From: Orbicella franksi
Taxonomy: Eukaryota
NCBI GenBank assembly: GCA_964199315.1
Contig: OZ116710.1
Location: 18,724,001 to 18,788,000, forward strand
Reading direction: 5' to 3'
Length of the DNA: 64,000 nucleotides
Shown here piece by piece: positions 13,101 through 25,166 of this stretch. Within the stretch, counting starts at the first letter, position 1, and every line of letters begins with the position of its first letter. The notes under the pieces are model-generated. The model worked only from the letters and a program-made list of their open reading frames with translations, was not told the DNA's origin and did not search any database. A program made the translations under genes and the position numbers.

Positions 13101-16100
13101 AATCAGGTATTGTAAACACTGTGTGTGGTTTCAGTTAACCTTCTTGTGAAGTTCGTTGCGAGAAGAAAAAAACTGTCCAAACTATTTGAAACTAGAAAAT
13201 AGACAGGAATAAACTAATCGCTGCTAATCAGATTCATCTGCTCTTAGGGGAGAAAGGAGAGATCTGGTAATGAACCGCTGATCCGATAGCATTTTATTCA
13301 AGGGTAACTGAGATAAACCCAAGTTTCATTTTAAAAGGCGTGATAAAAAACAGCGAGCCAAACGCATTTGTAACCAGCTCGAGATAGAACCTTGTGAGTG
13401 AAATGTAACCTTATTTTCAGAATTTAACGGCATCAAAACTGGAGAATACATGCAAATGCAATGGGTTTTTTTTCTCAACCTTTGTCAGTTATTTCATGAA
13501 TTCTACGTTACAATATTGGTTTTTCAAATGGTCTTTTTGCATTTGTCTGTAGTGAACCCATTGCTTTGAAGCAGCTTGAGGCGCTGTACATAGGCAGGAC
13601 ATACCACGCCTGGAAAGAACCCGGGGTAAGACTAACTGCATCAATCTTGTTTACCTAACTTTAACGGGGTAAAAATAATTGTGGAACATCCACAAAACAT
13701 TATATTGCTGCCGTTACGAAGAAACTATTTCGTTTGTATTTAAATACGAACTCTTTCTGGGTGACCTTTGGAAAAGCGTTCTTCCCGAGAACTTACATGT
13801 ATTTTCTTGCTATTGGCAAAAAACGGATTTTCCCTGTGATAATGATCCTCCCGAATTCAAACTACCGTAAATCCTCGAATTAGCGCCCGGGGCGCTTATT
13901 TCAAATTTAGAAGAAGACGGGGGGCGCTTATTTAACTTTTCCCAAATCGTGGCCTGACATGATCATCTTTTTAATACATCATCTGCGCGTTAGCAACAAC
14001 ATAAGCTGTTTATCGACATAAAAAGCTGATCCTAAAGTTTAAATCGCGGCACCGTTAGTACTTAACGTGTTCAACGTATTCACTTAACGTGTTCAGAAAC
14101 TGAAACAATGTACAAATCTAAGACTACATGACGAAACTATACATCCTTTGTTGTCTCATTACTCGTCTACAAAATTGGGGGAGGGAAGGGGGCGCTTATT
14201 TTAACTTTCGGCCGATAGGAGGGGCGCTTATTCGAAGGGGGGGGGGGCTAATTCGAGGATTTGCGGTTGTACCATAATACTAGCACCCATTATGCCTTTG
14301 TAGTATAAAAAAAAAAGAGAAAGAGAGAGTTGCTAAGTAGTTTTGACTCGATAACGGCAACATCTTTATGCAGCAACTGGGTCTACTTTCTCGTAAGCCT
14401 TGGTAGGTTATGACTAGAGCCGGTTGGACTCTGGATCAAGAGGTCTGGGTATAAGCCTAGATTGGGTTCTTCCCGTGTTTGTTTTCTATCCTACAGTATA
14501 TAGGTGTTTTGGCGAATTGCTAGGCAACTTCACAGTTATCATGGCGATGGCCTGCCATGAATAGCATCTTAACTTGGGTGAATGGCACAATTGTTAGTCA
14601 CGTAATTTTACTGTTATAAACACCTTGATCTAGTAAATCTGGTAAATGATTGAAGTGACGTAACGAACTTGTTTCCAAACTTTGAACTGTTGAGTTTCGT
14701 TGCAGGTGATCGACTGGCTTGTGCAGAATGCAAAAAAAGTTCTAGAAAGGGTTGAAGCACGTGATCCATTGGTTGAGGAATGTAAACACAAGTGAGTTAT
14801 AGCTAATTAAGAACGATTTTCCCGCCCAATACTCTGCCCTAATCACTTGTCTGCTTATCTTTTACATTTTCTGACCTACAGTGGAACCTCCGTTAACGGA
14901 CGCCTCCTATAGGTGAACATTTCTTGGTCCCAGCCATATACAAACACTACATTTTTAACCTCCCGTAAGCATACATCTCTCTTGCATTGTTTTCTGATCC
15001 CAATAGTGTCCTTTACGGACGGTTCGACTGTATATGTATAAGTGAGAAAAAGTTCTTACAGCGATTTCTAACCAATCAGAGCAAACAACCTTGATTTCAA
15101 CCAATCGGAGCAATACCGAAACCAACCTTGACCTGGCCTGCATACGTTTAAACCGCGCTTGGCGCTGGTTCCATGTTTTCAAGCCATTGTGACCGGAGGC
15201 TAGTTTACCCGTGCTTGGCGGCGCTCGTTACAATTTTTCCTACTCTCCTTGCTACTAACTCGAGATCTGATTGGTTCTTTGCAGTTTCTACCGCAAAATT
15301 AGAAATTGAATTCAAACTGTTTCTCCCTCCTTTTTGTGTTGGTCAAGTTGAGCTGAGAGCTGAGATTGTTATCATTACTCTCTTTTTCCTTATCCAGGCG
15401 ACAAGTACGTTACAGGGGAACACCGCGAAATGTTTACAGGCACGTGATCATGTCAGGTAAATCAATTTAACTCTACTCTCAGTTAGGCTTTCGGAATTTC
15501 AAACACTTCCAGAACACTTTTACTTCAATTGTGGTGATTAATCCTACGCTTTTATTGAAGCAGGACTCGAAATATGTGGTGCGTTCCTTTCTTGAAGGTG
15601 ATTCAGTCATGGCCTAGAACATTTGTTATAGTTAAATCAAATTAACACTTCCTTTGTTGTAGATATTAAAGATGCTACTGCTTCTCTTCCTATGGTAAGA
15701 TCTCGTTGTTTTCTTTTGGTTCTTTCCTTACTTTTTCTCAAGCTCTGTAGGTTGGTAAAAGGTGAAATCTATATACGAGCCAAGTGACCCGTCAGGCTGG
15801 AGCTTATCGCTGTAGCATGAAGCGACTAGGAGTATTTCTACTCCCTCCTGGATGGGATGCTAGTCCATCGCAGGGTTACCCCCAGGATTCAATTCGCCGG
15901 TACCCATTTATTCACCTGGGTAGAGAGAGACACTGAGAGTATATGTGTCTTGCCCAAGAACACAGCACAATGTTCTCAGCCAGGGCTCGAACCCAGACCG
16001 CTCGATCTTAAGGCCAGCGCGCTAACCATGAAGCCACAGCGCCTCGTGGTCACGATCGCCTCAAGTACTGTACTGTGTAGTTCCTGTCAGTCAAACAATG

Positions 16101-17064
16101 TGCTTCAAATTTAAGCATGCTTTATCTTATATCCCCCAGGTTTCAGTTGCTACTTTTTCTCTTTTGTTTTAGGACTTGGCGAATGTTCCCCTTGTGTCCT
16201 ATGATCCTCTGCCACCTCAAGATTCAGTTACAGGCTACGCGCGGCCATCAAGGTAACGACGTATATTCAAGATATTTTTAATAACTTTAATAATTTTTTT
16301 ATAACTTCCGTCACCCACACGGTTAATTGGTTCTTGTTTTTAAGCAATTGTTAAGTTAATATTCATGGCTTAAAAATTATTCTGCTCATTTTACAAGCCG
16401 TCTATACAAAACAGACTTGTTTGACAACACAACATTCTTGAAAGGTTAAAAGTTTATGATTTATTTAGCTACTTACGTGCTTGTCTGCTTTCCTACATCT
16501 TCTTGCTTCTGTCCATTTATCTCATTATGTGTCTTTTTCTGCTATGTAGTGGATATGTTTGAAGTTTTAACAAAACAAACTTCGCAATCCACTAGACGTG
16601 ATATCCGGTGGATAGCGTTATCAACCCTTCGAACAACCGGGCCAGCTGATTTTCAAATTTGCTACAGTATCAAATAACAATAATTACGAAAGTCATCCTC
16701 CGCTGTCATAAATAAGGACAATTCATCTTTCCGTCATCTTTTCAGGAGGAATATAAGTCGTGAGGAAGACCACGGTCCTTTATCCATGTTTTTCCGCTCG
16801 CTGCTTCCTTCCTTCAACGCCCAGGCCCCTAACAGACCACGCGTGGAAGTGAGATTTGAACAACCCATAGAGGGAGCAGAGGGTGGGCCCAGGCCTTTGC
16901 GGGATACAGAACTCGCAAGGGGCGTGGAAAACCTGATGGTCGCCATGAGAGAACTGCTAAATACTCTTAGTTACCGTGGAGAACCTGAAGAGGCTGGGGA
17001 CGAGCAAGGAGATAACCCCGGAGAAAATGATCATGCTGAAGATGAATGGGAAGATGGGGAATAA
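1168..17064 (+). CDS. TCF25: Transcription factor 25 / Rqc1 ribosome-quality-control factor, 23 coding exons, 679 aa
   Basis: Exons, all GT-AG and phase-consistent: 1168-1311, 2822-3025, 3982-4051, 4369-4441, 4852-4917, 5373-5414, 7498-7541, 7642-7675, 8260-8356, 9330-9429, 9644-9737, 10108-10157, 10394-10436, 10995-11100, 11679-11783, 12559-12588, 13018-13106, 13553-13625, 14706-14791, 15398-15456, 15663-15694, 16173-16252, 16746-17064 (sum 2040 nt). TCF25 motifs: [89 protein letters not shown]. Confidence 0.95.
3225..3480. repeat. Degenerate tandem repeat (units of roughly 45-55 bp) in TCF25 intron 2
   Basis: Recurring (g/c)tcacgcttttaga...gaat(g/a)tacat blocks. Confidence 0.55.
5777..7192. 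mobile_element. Non-autonomous TIR DNA transposon, TAG...CTA termini, 9-bp TSD (Academ-like, inferred)
   Basis: About 75-bp TIRs (tagtctcctctgcaaccgttattagggtcgtcacgcaa... / ...ttgcgtgacgaccctaataatggctgcggaggagacta); flanks ctgacatgt (5768-5776) and ctgacatgc (7193-7201). Confidence 0.85.
6058..6611 (+). pseudogene. Frameshifted ORF inside the transposon: CxxC...CxxxC zinc-binding (zf-AD-like) module plus coiled coil
   Basis: ATG at 6058 reads [44 protein letters not shown]; a 1-nt frame change near 6190 joins it to [44 protein letters not shown]. Confidence 0.55.
8796..9240. mobile_element. pogo/Tigger-like MITE
   Basis: TA flanks both sides; TIR cagtcgaactttgattatcc / ggataatcgaggttcaactg; internal repeats of gattatcc. 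Confidence 0.85.
11138..11181. mobile_element. 44-bp micro-MITE, TAG...CTA termini, perfect 9-bp TSD
   Basis: tagcctgaaatgt-cagtcatctcccgccctc-acatttcaggcta; 13-bp perfect TIR; agagcagat at both 11129-11137 and 11182-11190. Confidence 0.85.
12107..12412 (-). mobile_element. tRNA-derived SINE (copy 2, full length, with TSD)
   Basis: Head gggaggcgcggtgacc on - strand; core ttggacaagacactttactctcacagtgcctctc; 14-bp TSD aaatctgtaaagta (12093-12106) / aaatctgcaaagta (12413-12426). Confidence 0.88.
13865..14266. mobile_element. Tc1/mariner-pogo-like MITE with ggggcgcttatt subterminal repeats
   Basis: TIR ccgtaaatcctcgaattagc / gctaattcgaggatttgcgg; left flank TA; several internal ggggcgcttatt copies. 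Confidence 0.8.
14879..15030. mobile_element. Short pogo/Tigger-like MITE
   Basis: TA flanks; imperfect TIR cagtggaacctccgttaacggac / gtcctttacggacggttcgactg. Confidence 0.75.
15754..16045 (-). mobile_element. tRNA-derived SINE (copy 3)
   Basis: B box GGTTCGAGCCC on - strand (15983-15993), A-box-like tggcttcatgg, same core and tail as the other copies. Confidence 0.85.
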
Positions 17065-18164
17065 AAACATTGCAAAGCTTACTTATAAAATGACCTTGCA
17101 CACAGATTTCTGCGTTCATCTGTGCAAGTGGAGCTATTCTTGGTATCTGTACGGCAAAATCTTCCAGCTTGTAGTTACAGCACAGATCCCCGGATTAGTT
17201 CTAGGTAAACCAGTAAATGGCTTCCACTAAACTTCCCAACCCGGATTGACTTCATCTTCATGTTGCACCTTGTTTTGTGCGATACAGCGTTTTGAGACTC
17301 TTAAACAATGGCGAGAAAACTTAGTTTTCCTTGAAGTTTCTTTTTCAAAGTCGCTTAACCTCTTGGCACACTACAACACGCCCATCCCCGCATTGAAAGA
17401 TGGCGGTGAACCAACTGTTTGCGCGACGTTGTCACAGTAAACTTTTGTAAGACGGCCTGAGGAACGTGACGGTCACAAAACAGGCTGTGACAGTGCAGCA
17501 AGGGCAGACGACAACAGCGGAGGCTTAAAAGATCAGATTAGAAGGCGTAATACTTTGTGGAACTGAAAATTTGAATTCTGTCCGTTGGCTTATGTCCTCT
17601 AGCCAGGGGTGAAGGGTATAAAATGGTAAAAGAAGCTCAAGTTTGGGTTTGAGAACTATCTTATCAATCCTAATGTTTCGGAAGGCACAGCATATTCTTG
17701 ATCAAATCAGATTTGCTCACTTAGGAAGAGGAGATCGGAAAAACGAGCGGAAAGGGCTTTTGAGCTTACTTGTGACTGTTGATGAGCTTGGTCGGCGGAT
17801 TCATACGCTGCGCGTGCGCAGAAGTTCTATAATCCCAGAAATGCTGAGCTTGCGTGATAGCCGTACGCAGATAGGAGAAATTATTTGAGTGTGAGGAAGG
17901 AAGCCTCTTGCAGCTCTTTGGGTTTCGTTGTTAAGGTCACATGTAGAATGAAGCGTAAGTAATGAAAATTGAAAACAAGTGACCAGCTGGAGAGTTCTAC
18001 ATTACTTAAGTTGGCTGGAAGAATATATATTATTACAGTAATTAAACTTAACAAGAAGCAATGACTTTCGTTTTATTGAACCATTTTCATAACCGAGATT
18101 TAATGAAACAATCAGAAAGCTAGAAAATGCATCATCTGAGGTTGAGAATTAATGCTGAATTGAA

Positions 18165-18494
18165 CATTTTTTTACAACTGCAAGCGATTCTCGCGCGCTT
18201 ATTGGCCAATTTTCAATGTCAATCAGCGGACAAACACATGAATTTATAATTTATGCGATGCGTCAACGAGCGAGGAGGGGAGTGGACAATTTGACAATTT
18301 GCTATTGTAAAAAACAAATTGACGTCAGTTTTTCATGCGTCTGTCCTGTTATTGACAATGAGTTTCGTCATAACATTGGCAAAGTACTCTGTGGATCCAC
18401 TCGGCAATTCACAGCCACTTTGACAATGTTATGACGAAATTCATGAACAATAGCAGGACGAACGCATGAAAAACTGACGTCAATTTGTTAAATA
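18165..18494 (+). repeat. Interspersed repeat with long internal palindrome
   Basis: aacaaattgacgtcagtttttcatgcgt...cataacattggcaaagt is mirrored by actttgacaatgttatg...acgcatgaaaaactgacgtcaatttgtt; a related copy lies reversed at about 37200-37490. Confidence 0.75.
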
Positions 18495-20924
18495 GACAAC
18501 AAATCCCTCCCAGACTAGCTGTTTTCACAGTCGGTCGCTGCAGGTAAAGTGTTTCTGGTTGCTGTCAAAGATAACCTGATGATTAGTATTTTCCAATTCT
18601 AGTCTGAAATGTCAGTCATCTCCCGCCCTCAGCCTAATCCCCGGGCTAGAGACCGGGAAAGGTTCCAGATCTGGACTATTCTACACACAACTGATTAGTT
18701 TTTCCGTAAATGATGCCAAATTGAAACCAAAACTGTGATTTCCTACTCTATCCCAGACTCTAAATTACGTGATGCAAACACACTTACCCATAAACCTTGT
18801 TATTGGGAGCACTTTTCCTCCCCACCCCACTCCCGAAGATACATCTTTGGATACAGTATCATGAACTGACGGATAGAGTATCATGATGGTAATCAAGTGA
18901 TGTTAGTGAAATCTATATGATTAAGGTAGCTTAACCCATATTACGCTTATGGTTGAAACAGTTTATTTCTTCTGTGTTTACATTTGCAGCGAGCTGGGGT
19001 GCAGCCACCCCGCAGGGCTCACTCTGTTTGCTCCATCACGCAATATTTTCTTTCCCATCGAATGCGTGACGGACCAAAATAACGACATCAGGAATAATCA
19101 TTTATCAATATTTGGTACACGCCTGTCAAATAAATATTCAAATTAATTTTATTAGCATAACAGCCGTAAACATAAAACAGCGTAGAGCTTTGTTTGTTGC
19201 ACATAGACTATTAGTTCAAGTCGGCACCATTTAAAAGCTTCGACGCGATTTAATTACACCCTTGTATATTTGGCCTCAAAACATGTACTAATATTCTTCC
19301 ATAACCCTCTGGGGGCCGCAGTGTTTTCTCTAGATCTTCAGGAATGTAACAATTAAGCTGGTTAACCTTTCAAATCGGCATCTCTGCGAGTTATATCACT
19401 CAGACGCGAGATTGACCTTTTGCAGCTTTTTGTGGTGTAACTTAATCTCCTCACAGCATGAGCTGAGAAGTTCGAATAATTCTCAAGATTTCAAAGTGTC
19501 GATCGATTTGTCGGATCAAGCGTGCGGACACTCTTCGACTCTGGATTACTCGGCGCCGATTAATTCTTTGCTACCAGTACACCTTTGTTTTCAAGGTAAG
19601 AACTGTTGTTTATAGGAAATATCGTCAGGGGTTTAGTGTTTGAACGGATGGCGATCTTTATCTCTTTTTTCTTCTGATACACAACCTTATATCGATAACA
19701 AATTGTCTAACGTTGGTTTTTAAGTTGTTACATAAACGAAAGGAGACAAAATGGAAATCCGAATGACGCTTTCATCGGCGGTTGCATTGTTCACAGTGGA
19801 TTGATGCAAAGGTACTTTATTGTACACTACGTACGATGTGTTTCTCTATTTTTTTCTCCGTGCAGAAAAGGTTCTAATTAACAGCCGACCACATTAGGAA
19901 GGTCAAATATTGATGAACGCAAAAAGCGTTTAGGTTTAGGAATCGATTTGAACAATTCTGTTTTCAGGTGCCTCTTGCGAATATTGGTTTGAAGATCTTT
20001 GAATTAACGAGCTTTCCTTTTGTGTATTCGACTTAATTTTGACACTTCAAGACAAAGCTCGTTTTAAACAGGCCTAAACAAGGCTACTTTAGTTTTGATT
20101 TTCCATCTAAAACACACATGAATAGCGTTCTGGTATATTTATTTACTTTTGTGAAAATGTACCAAGGAAAATAGAGGCGTCATTAGGATTTGTTTGCCCG
20201 TTTCTTAGCAAATCCCTTGTGGCTGTATGAAACACGAAGTGCAATTAAAGAAAAACACTTGAATTTCATTAGCATTTAAATTAAGCGGTTTATATGGCTC
20301 TGCTATTCATTGGTAACTCTTTCCATGAACAATATAATATGCCATGTGATTAGAGAAAGTCCATTTACTGGGGAGTCATGAAAATTATATCTTTCCCGAT
20401 CTTGCGAGAAAATTCTGCTTTTGCTTAATGTTTTTCAACAGTTCATGGAAACAAAGAAGCGCTTCATATAAAAACTTTACCGATTACTCTCTGGGTTTGG
20501 AAATATGGTGATACTCCAGAAATGAATATATCTTAACTTGCTACTTAACAAGATATTTCCTTTGTATCACGAAAATAAGATTGCAATTCAGATCTGGCAG
20601 GTAGGTCAAACAAAAAGAATCCATAGCTGATAAATTAATGATTAGTTAATTAGCTATTTTGCTTATTGCTGATTTTTATTTCTTAAAGGTTTTAATTGTG
20701 TTGGTTTTGATTGTCCCGATCTCGTTTTTGAATATGATATACATCTTGTTTTTAGAAAAAATCGGGTTTATTTTTTCGCAATGTTAATTCAACAGAATGT
20801 TAATTTCATTGTCCAAGTAATCATTGGGAAGCATAGTTTTTGACTCAAAATTCTTAATCCTTTCTTTTTTAAATTGCATATTAAAAAACGTAGTGAATAG
20901 ATTTTTCTTATTATTTATTAAGGG

Positions 20925-21003
20925 TAGGCCTCCTACGCAAGGTTCCTTATGATATGTCATGCACTCTTACCTCCCCGACGAAGAACTTCTGCGTAGGAGG
21001 CTA
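20925..21003. mobile_element. Degenerate small TAG...CTA MITE related to 21796-21879
   Basis: taggcctcctacgca...tgcgtaggaggcta; flanks share only attaag. Confidence 0.5.
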
Positions 21004-21174
21004 ATTAAGAGATGAAGCCATTACATTCATCACTAATAACAACAGACCTTATTGTATCAGGTACTCCACTATGAAATTGTTTTCGTCTTATGTTATAGAC
21101 AATGTTATTGATTCGTATTTGCTTTTGTTTCCTCTTACTGTATCCTGTAACAAATTGGCGTATGAATGCGGTTA

Positions 21175-21476
21175 GGCCTACCGTCTACACTAATCCGTCA
21201 TGAAAACGGAACTTTCCGAAAACGCTCTTCAAACTGGACGAATTTGAAAACGCCGGCTTTTCGTTTTCGTGTGGACGGAGCTTTTAGAAAGCGATGGCGT
21301 GACGCAGGGCTTGGGCGTGACGATAATCATGTGATTTCCCTGACCGAGGTTTCCTCACACACAAATCCAAAATGACAGGTTATTGTTGCGTTTTTAGTGT
21401 GGACGAAAAACATTTGATGCGTTTTCAGAGTGAAAGCTCTGTTCTCAAATTCCTTCGACGTAGTGTGGAGAGGGCC
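21175..21476. mobile_element. PIF/Harbinger-like MITE
   Basis: Imperfect TIR ggcctaccgtctacacta / tagtgtggagagggcc; 3-bp flanks tta / tga. Confidence 0.7.
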
Positions 21477-21795
21477 TGATGTAACGCATTCTTCCCCCCA
21501 CCCCCCGCTAAAGGAAAAAATATCGGTGCGGAAACGTTGGTCCCTTGTTCCCTTGGTGTGCGAATAAGAAAACATCGACCAGGAAACAAAATGTTTTTGA
21601 AAATAAATTTAGAAGCATTAATGGTTTCTCGGAAGCAATATTTGCCTCTGCAACAATGTTTACGCAACAGTGTTTTAGCACTCCTCTTTTGCGGGGGTTT
21701 ATACTCAATTACCAGCCGCTGTTAGGACGGAAATCGAGCCTACGGAGGCCTAGAACAACTAATCAATCTCTCCGCTGTCGGATTCGACCTTTGAC

Positions 21796-21879
21796 TGGCC
21801 TCCCACGCAGACGCTCTAAGGGCTCGTGTGGAAGGAACGCGCGACGAGCCCTATATAAGAGCGTCTGCGTGGGAGGCTA
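21796..21879. mobile_element. 84-bp MITE, T(A/G)G...CTA termini, perfect 9-bp TSD
   Basis: tggcctcccacgcagacgctct...agagcgtctgcgtgggaggcta; acctttgac at 21787-21795 and 21880-21888. Confidence 0.88.
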
Positions 21880-22170
21880 ACCTTTGACTCGCCCACTCTG
21901 GTTTTTTCATTTCCTTCATCCAGAAGACAATATATCACCTAAGATAAGTAGCATATTACGTTTTTTGGACTCAGTAGAGATGAGTAAAACTTTAACCATG
22001 TTTCACTTCTTATTGAACTAGAAAAGGAAAAAACAAGACTCGAAGGTCTGTGGTTTGGACCGTACATTTTTGAAGACTTCAAACGCAAAGGGCCAATGAG
22101 GTTTGGAGCTAATTCGAAATTCATACAAATGCATTTTTTTTAATTGCCCATGTTTTCCTCGGCAGGTAAA

Positions 22171-23664
22171 ATGTCGTTTAAATTCAATAAGAAAGCTGTA
22201 GTAACTGGTGTAAGCTCTGTGGAGGCAGGTAAACTCCTGGTGTACGCTCAAACAGTAAAGAAAATCTCGTCCGAAAATGGCTGTTCCCTGGACGGGAATA
22301 TTTTCTGTGTGGATCTTGGAGCTGCGGCACTAAAGAAACAATCGAAAAAAGAACGCAGATGGTTAGAAGAAGAAGCAGACAATGCGAAGATAACTCCTGG
22401 GACAATAATTACCGTGAACGGCAAAGAGAGATATGTTAAAACAGAGGTATGTAAATAAGAAGTGAATACAATAAAACGTCGCTGCGGGCGACCTCGTAAC
22501 GTGCGAGCAGGCATGCCTTTGAGTCACATCATAAGTGGCCCAAGCTCGCAAATGAGCGTCCTACTCAGTTAACGCAACAGTCGAAATGTAATGTCTTTTT
22601 GGGGGGGAAGACGGTACCGTTATAAAAGTACGAAGGAATATGCCGAATAAAAATAAACCTACTTTGCTTCAGGTGCGTGTTTCCTGGGGTCACTATTAAG
22701 GTGTTTTTTAGCTTCAATGCTTTGTATAAACTGAAGACAAAGCAATGAAGCTAAAAATAAATTCCCATAATTCGGCCTAGGAACCTTTTGATACCGGACC
22801 CAAGGAAACGCACACTTGAAGCAAGGTAGATTCATCTTTATTCATTCTCCTTCGCATCCAACAAAAAGCGACGTGAGCCTGTTCGCAGTCTAGCCGCTTC
22901 GTAAATGCGGCTACCTCGATACGTGAGAAAAAGAAGAAAAGGACTGAAAGGACGTAAATAGTGTGGTACCAAACTACAAGGGCAGTTTAAACTGTGTTTT
23001 AATGTGTGTCCCGTACTCGCAAAGAAGGAGTGCATTCTTACCAAAATCTAATACATAGCATCGATACAACTCGACTCTTTCGTGGCACAGATACGGGAAT
23101 TCTCTTTCAAATCCCTCTGAGGACTACAGCCTACATGTCTTTTCCAAACAGAATATATTAAGAATCAAACCTTTTTTTCTTGTCTCTTGCTAGGTAGAAA
23201 ATGTTGATCACCTGGGACTTCTCACGCCGCAATCGTTTCAACTATTCTGTCCGGCGTTTGGGAGCAATTCGGACAACGAGCTTTTCGAGACAGCGTTCCC
23301 TGCTGCCTCAATTGACCAGACGCGCCGGCTAATTTGTGCGGAGCAGCCAAGCCCTAACCTACGTTGGGTGATGTGTAAAAATGTTGTTCTATCCTACAAT
23401 CAAACAACAGGCCGAAAGGAGGCCACTATTTTAGCCGTGGACATTGTCCAGATGAAACAGGCTGGGCGATTAGTCTCCACTTCGGTCCAACAAACTGTCA
23501 CGGCTAAGCTCAATTGTAAAACGTTCTTGTCGAAAGTGGGCCCACAAAATCCCGGCCCCGTTTCTTTGACCCCGGCACTCGCCCTGGTAAAGATGGTGGA
23601 TGAAGACGTGCCCGTGCCCCAGCCTCGATCCTGGGCAGAAATTGAAACTTTACTCCCCTGTTAA
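22171..23664 (+). CDS. Uncharacterised two-exon protein (248 aa from ATG 22171; may extend upstream)
   Basis: Acceptor ctcggcag|22166; exon to 22446 (GAG|GTATGT); acceptor cttgctag|23194; the join is phase 0 and open to TAA at 23664. No family recognised. Confidence 0.65.
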
Positions 23665-24085
23665 TTCATCGATTTGTGCTTCAAAGACGAGACATAACTA
23701 CGTGATGAATGTAATTTTTTGTTTGAGGGTGAAGTGCGTTATAATAAGTTAACCGTAATATGATTAATTGAACTGTGAGAGGCAAAACATTCATCCATTT
23801 ATTTTTCGGTGCATTCTCACAAAGACGGATTTTTTTTTTCATTTCATACTTTTTCCATTTTATATTGCATATTTCGCATAATTCATCTCACGGAAACTAA
23901 ACTTAGTTAGTGTTAAGACCAAGTTTGAAATGAAATGCCTACAACGGCCGTATCAGAGTGTTTCCTTCATGAGCAGACTACGTCAGTGCAAAAAAATGTT
24001 TCCATGGTTTTGGCAATACTTTTAGGGCCTGTATGGTCTTGGAACCAGGAGCTATAATTGGGGATTATGGCTCCTGCTTGGAACG

Positions 24086-24216
24086 CAACCTCGTTCCCAG
24101 GGCTTTTCCCTTAGCCATTTTCTCAACCTCGTTCCCATAGCCTTTTCCTTGCAAGGGAAAAGGCCATGGGAACGAGGTTGGCAATTTCTAAGTGGGAAGC
24201 CGCGGGAACGAGGTTG
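24086..24216. mobile_element. Nested pair of CAACCTCGTTCCC-type MITEs
   Basis: Outer caacctcgttccc (24086) ... gggaacgaggttg (24216) encloses inner caacctcgttccc (24124) ... gggaacgaggttg (24180); inner flanks ccattttct / gcaatttct. Confidence 0.8.
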
Positions 24217-24553
24217 CTTTTTAGTTGACTGGTACATGGTGTTACCTTACTTTAAAATTCGTTAAAAATAACATGCGTATGGACTGTTATCGTGGCCTGT
24301 GTGCAAATAAAAGACAATCTTGTCCTTTTCTTAATTACTAGGAGATTTTATTTGTAAATTTTAAATCAGAACTCCAAGCAAAAGTGAGATAAAAATGTTT
24401 CTATCTAACCGTCCTATAAAGACTTCTTTGAACGTAAGAAATTCAAATACCTTAGCATGCAGGCCAATCATTCTCCAATATCAACTTGGTCAGAGGCTAA
24501 GAATTAAATTAGGTCCAGTTTGAATCGAACCGTGTCGTAATCTAAAACTATTG

Positions 24554-25166
24554 GGGTGTCTGCAAAATCCGAATAGCGAATACCGAATAGTCCCGAACAG
24601 CGAATAGCGAATAGCCCCGAATAGTGCGAATAGTCTCGAATAGTGGCGAACAATCGCGAAAAGTGGCGAATAGTGACTGACGAATAGTCGTCGTCAATAG
24701 TCACCGCTTTAGATCTAATATCCTGCGTTAATTAATTATACAAATAATAAGCAACAGAGTTTCAGTGAATTTATTACCTTTTCTTCTCCGGACTCAGGCT
24801 AGTAGGCTGTCCATCGCCGACATTAAGAAAACAGAAAACACAAGGATAACCTAATAAAGACGTATTTACACTTTTACAGCGGTTAAAACAGAAGAAATTA
24901 CGTTTAGAAACACATTTTTGTCCTGATAAGCGTCTGTGCTTTTTAGCGGGAAAATCCCATCCTACGTTACTGTGAGGTTGACTGCGAGATACTGGGTACC
25001 CTATTTGTTACGATTTGCCACTATTGACCACCATTTGCCACTATTCGTCACTATTCGAGACTGTTCGTCACTATTCGCACTATTCGTGCTATTCGCTATT
25101 CGGGACTACTCGCTGTTCGCTATTCGCGACTATTCGCTATTCGCTATTCGGGTTTTCCAGACACCC
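24554..25166. mobile_element. Mutator-like MITE with (GCGAATA)n subterminal arrays, copy 1
   Basis: gggtgtctg...cagacaccc termini; heptamer arrays inverted at the two ends; flanks aaactattg / aaactagag (7/9). Confidence 0.85.
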
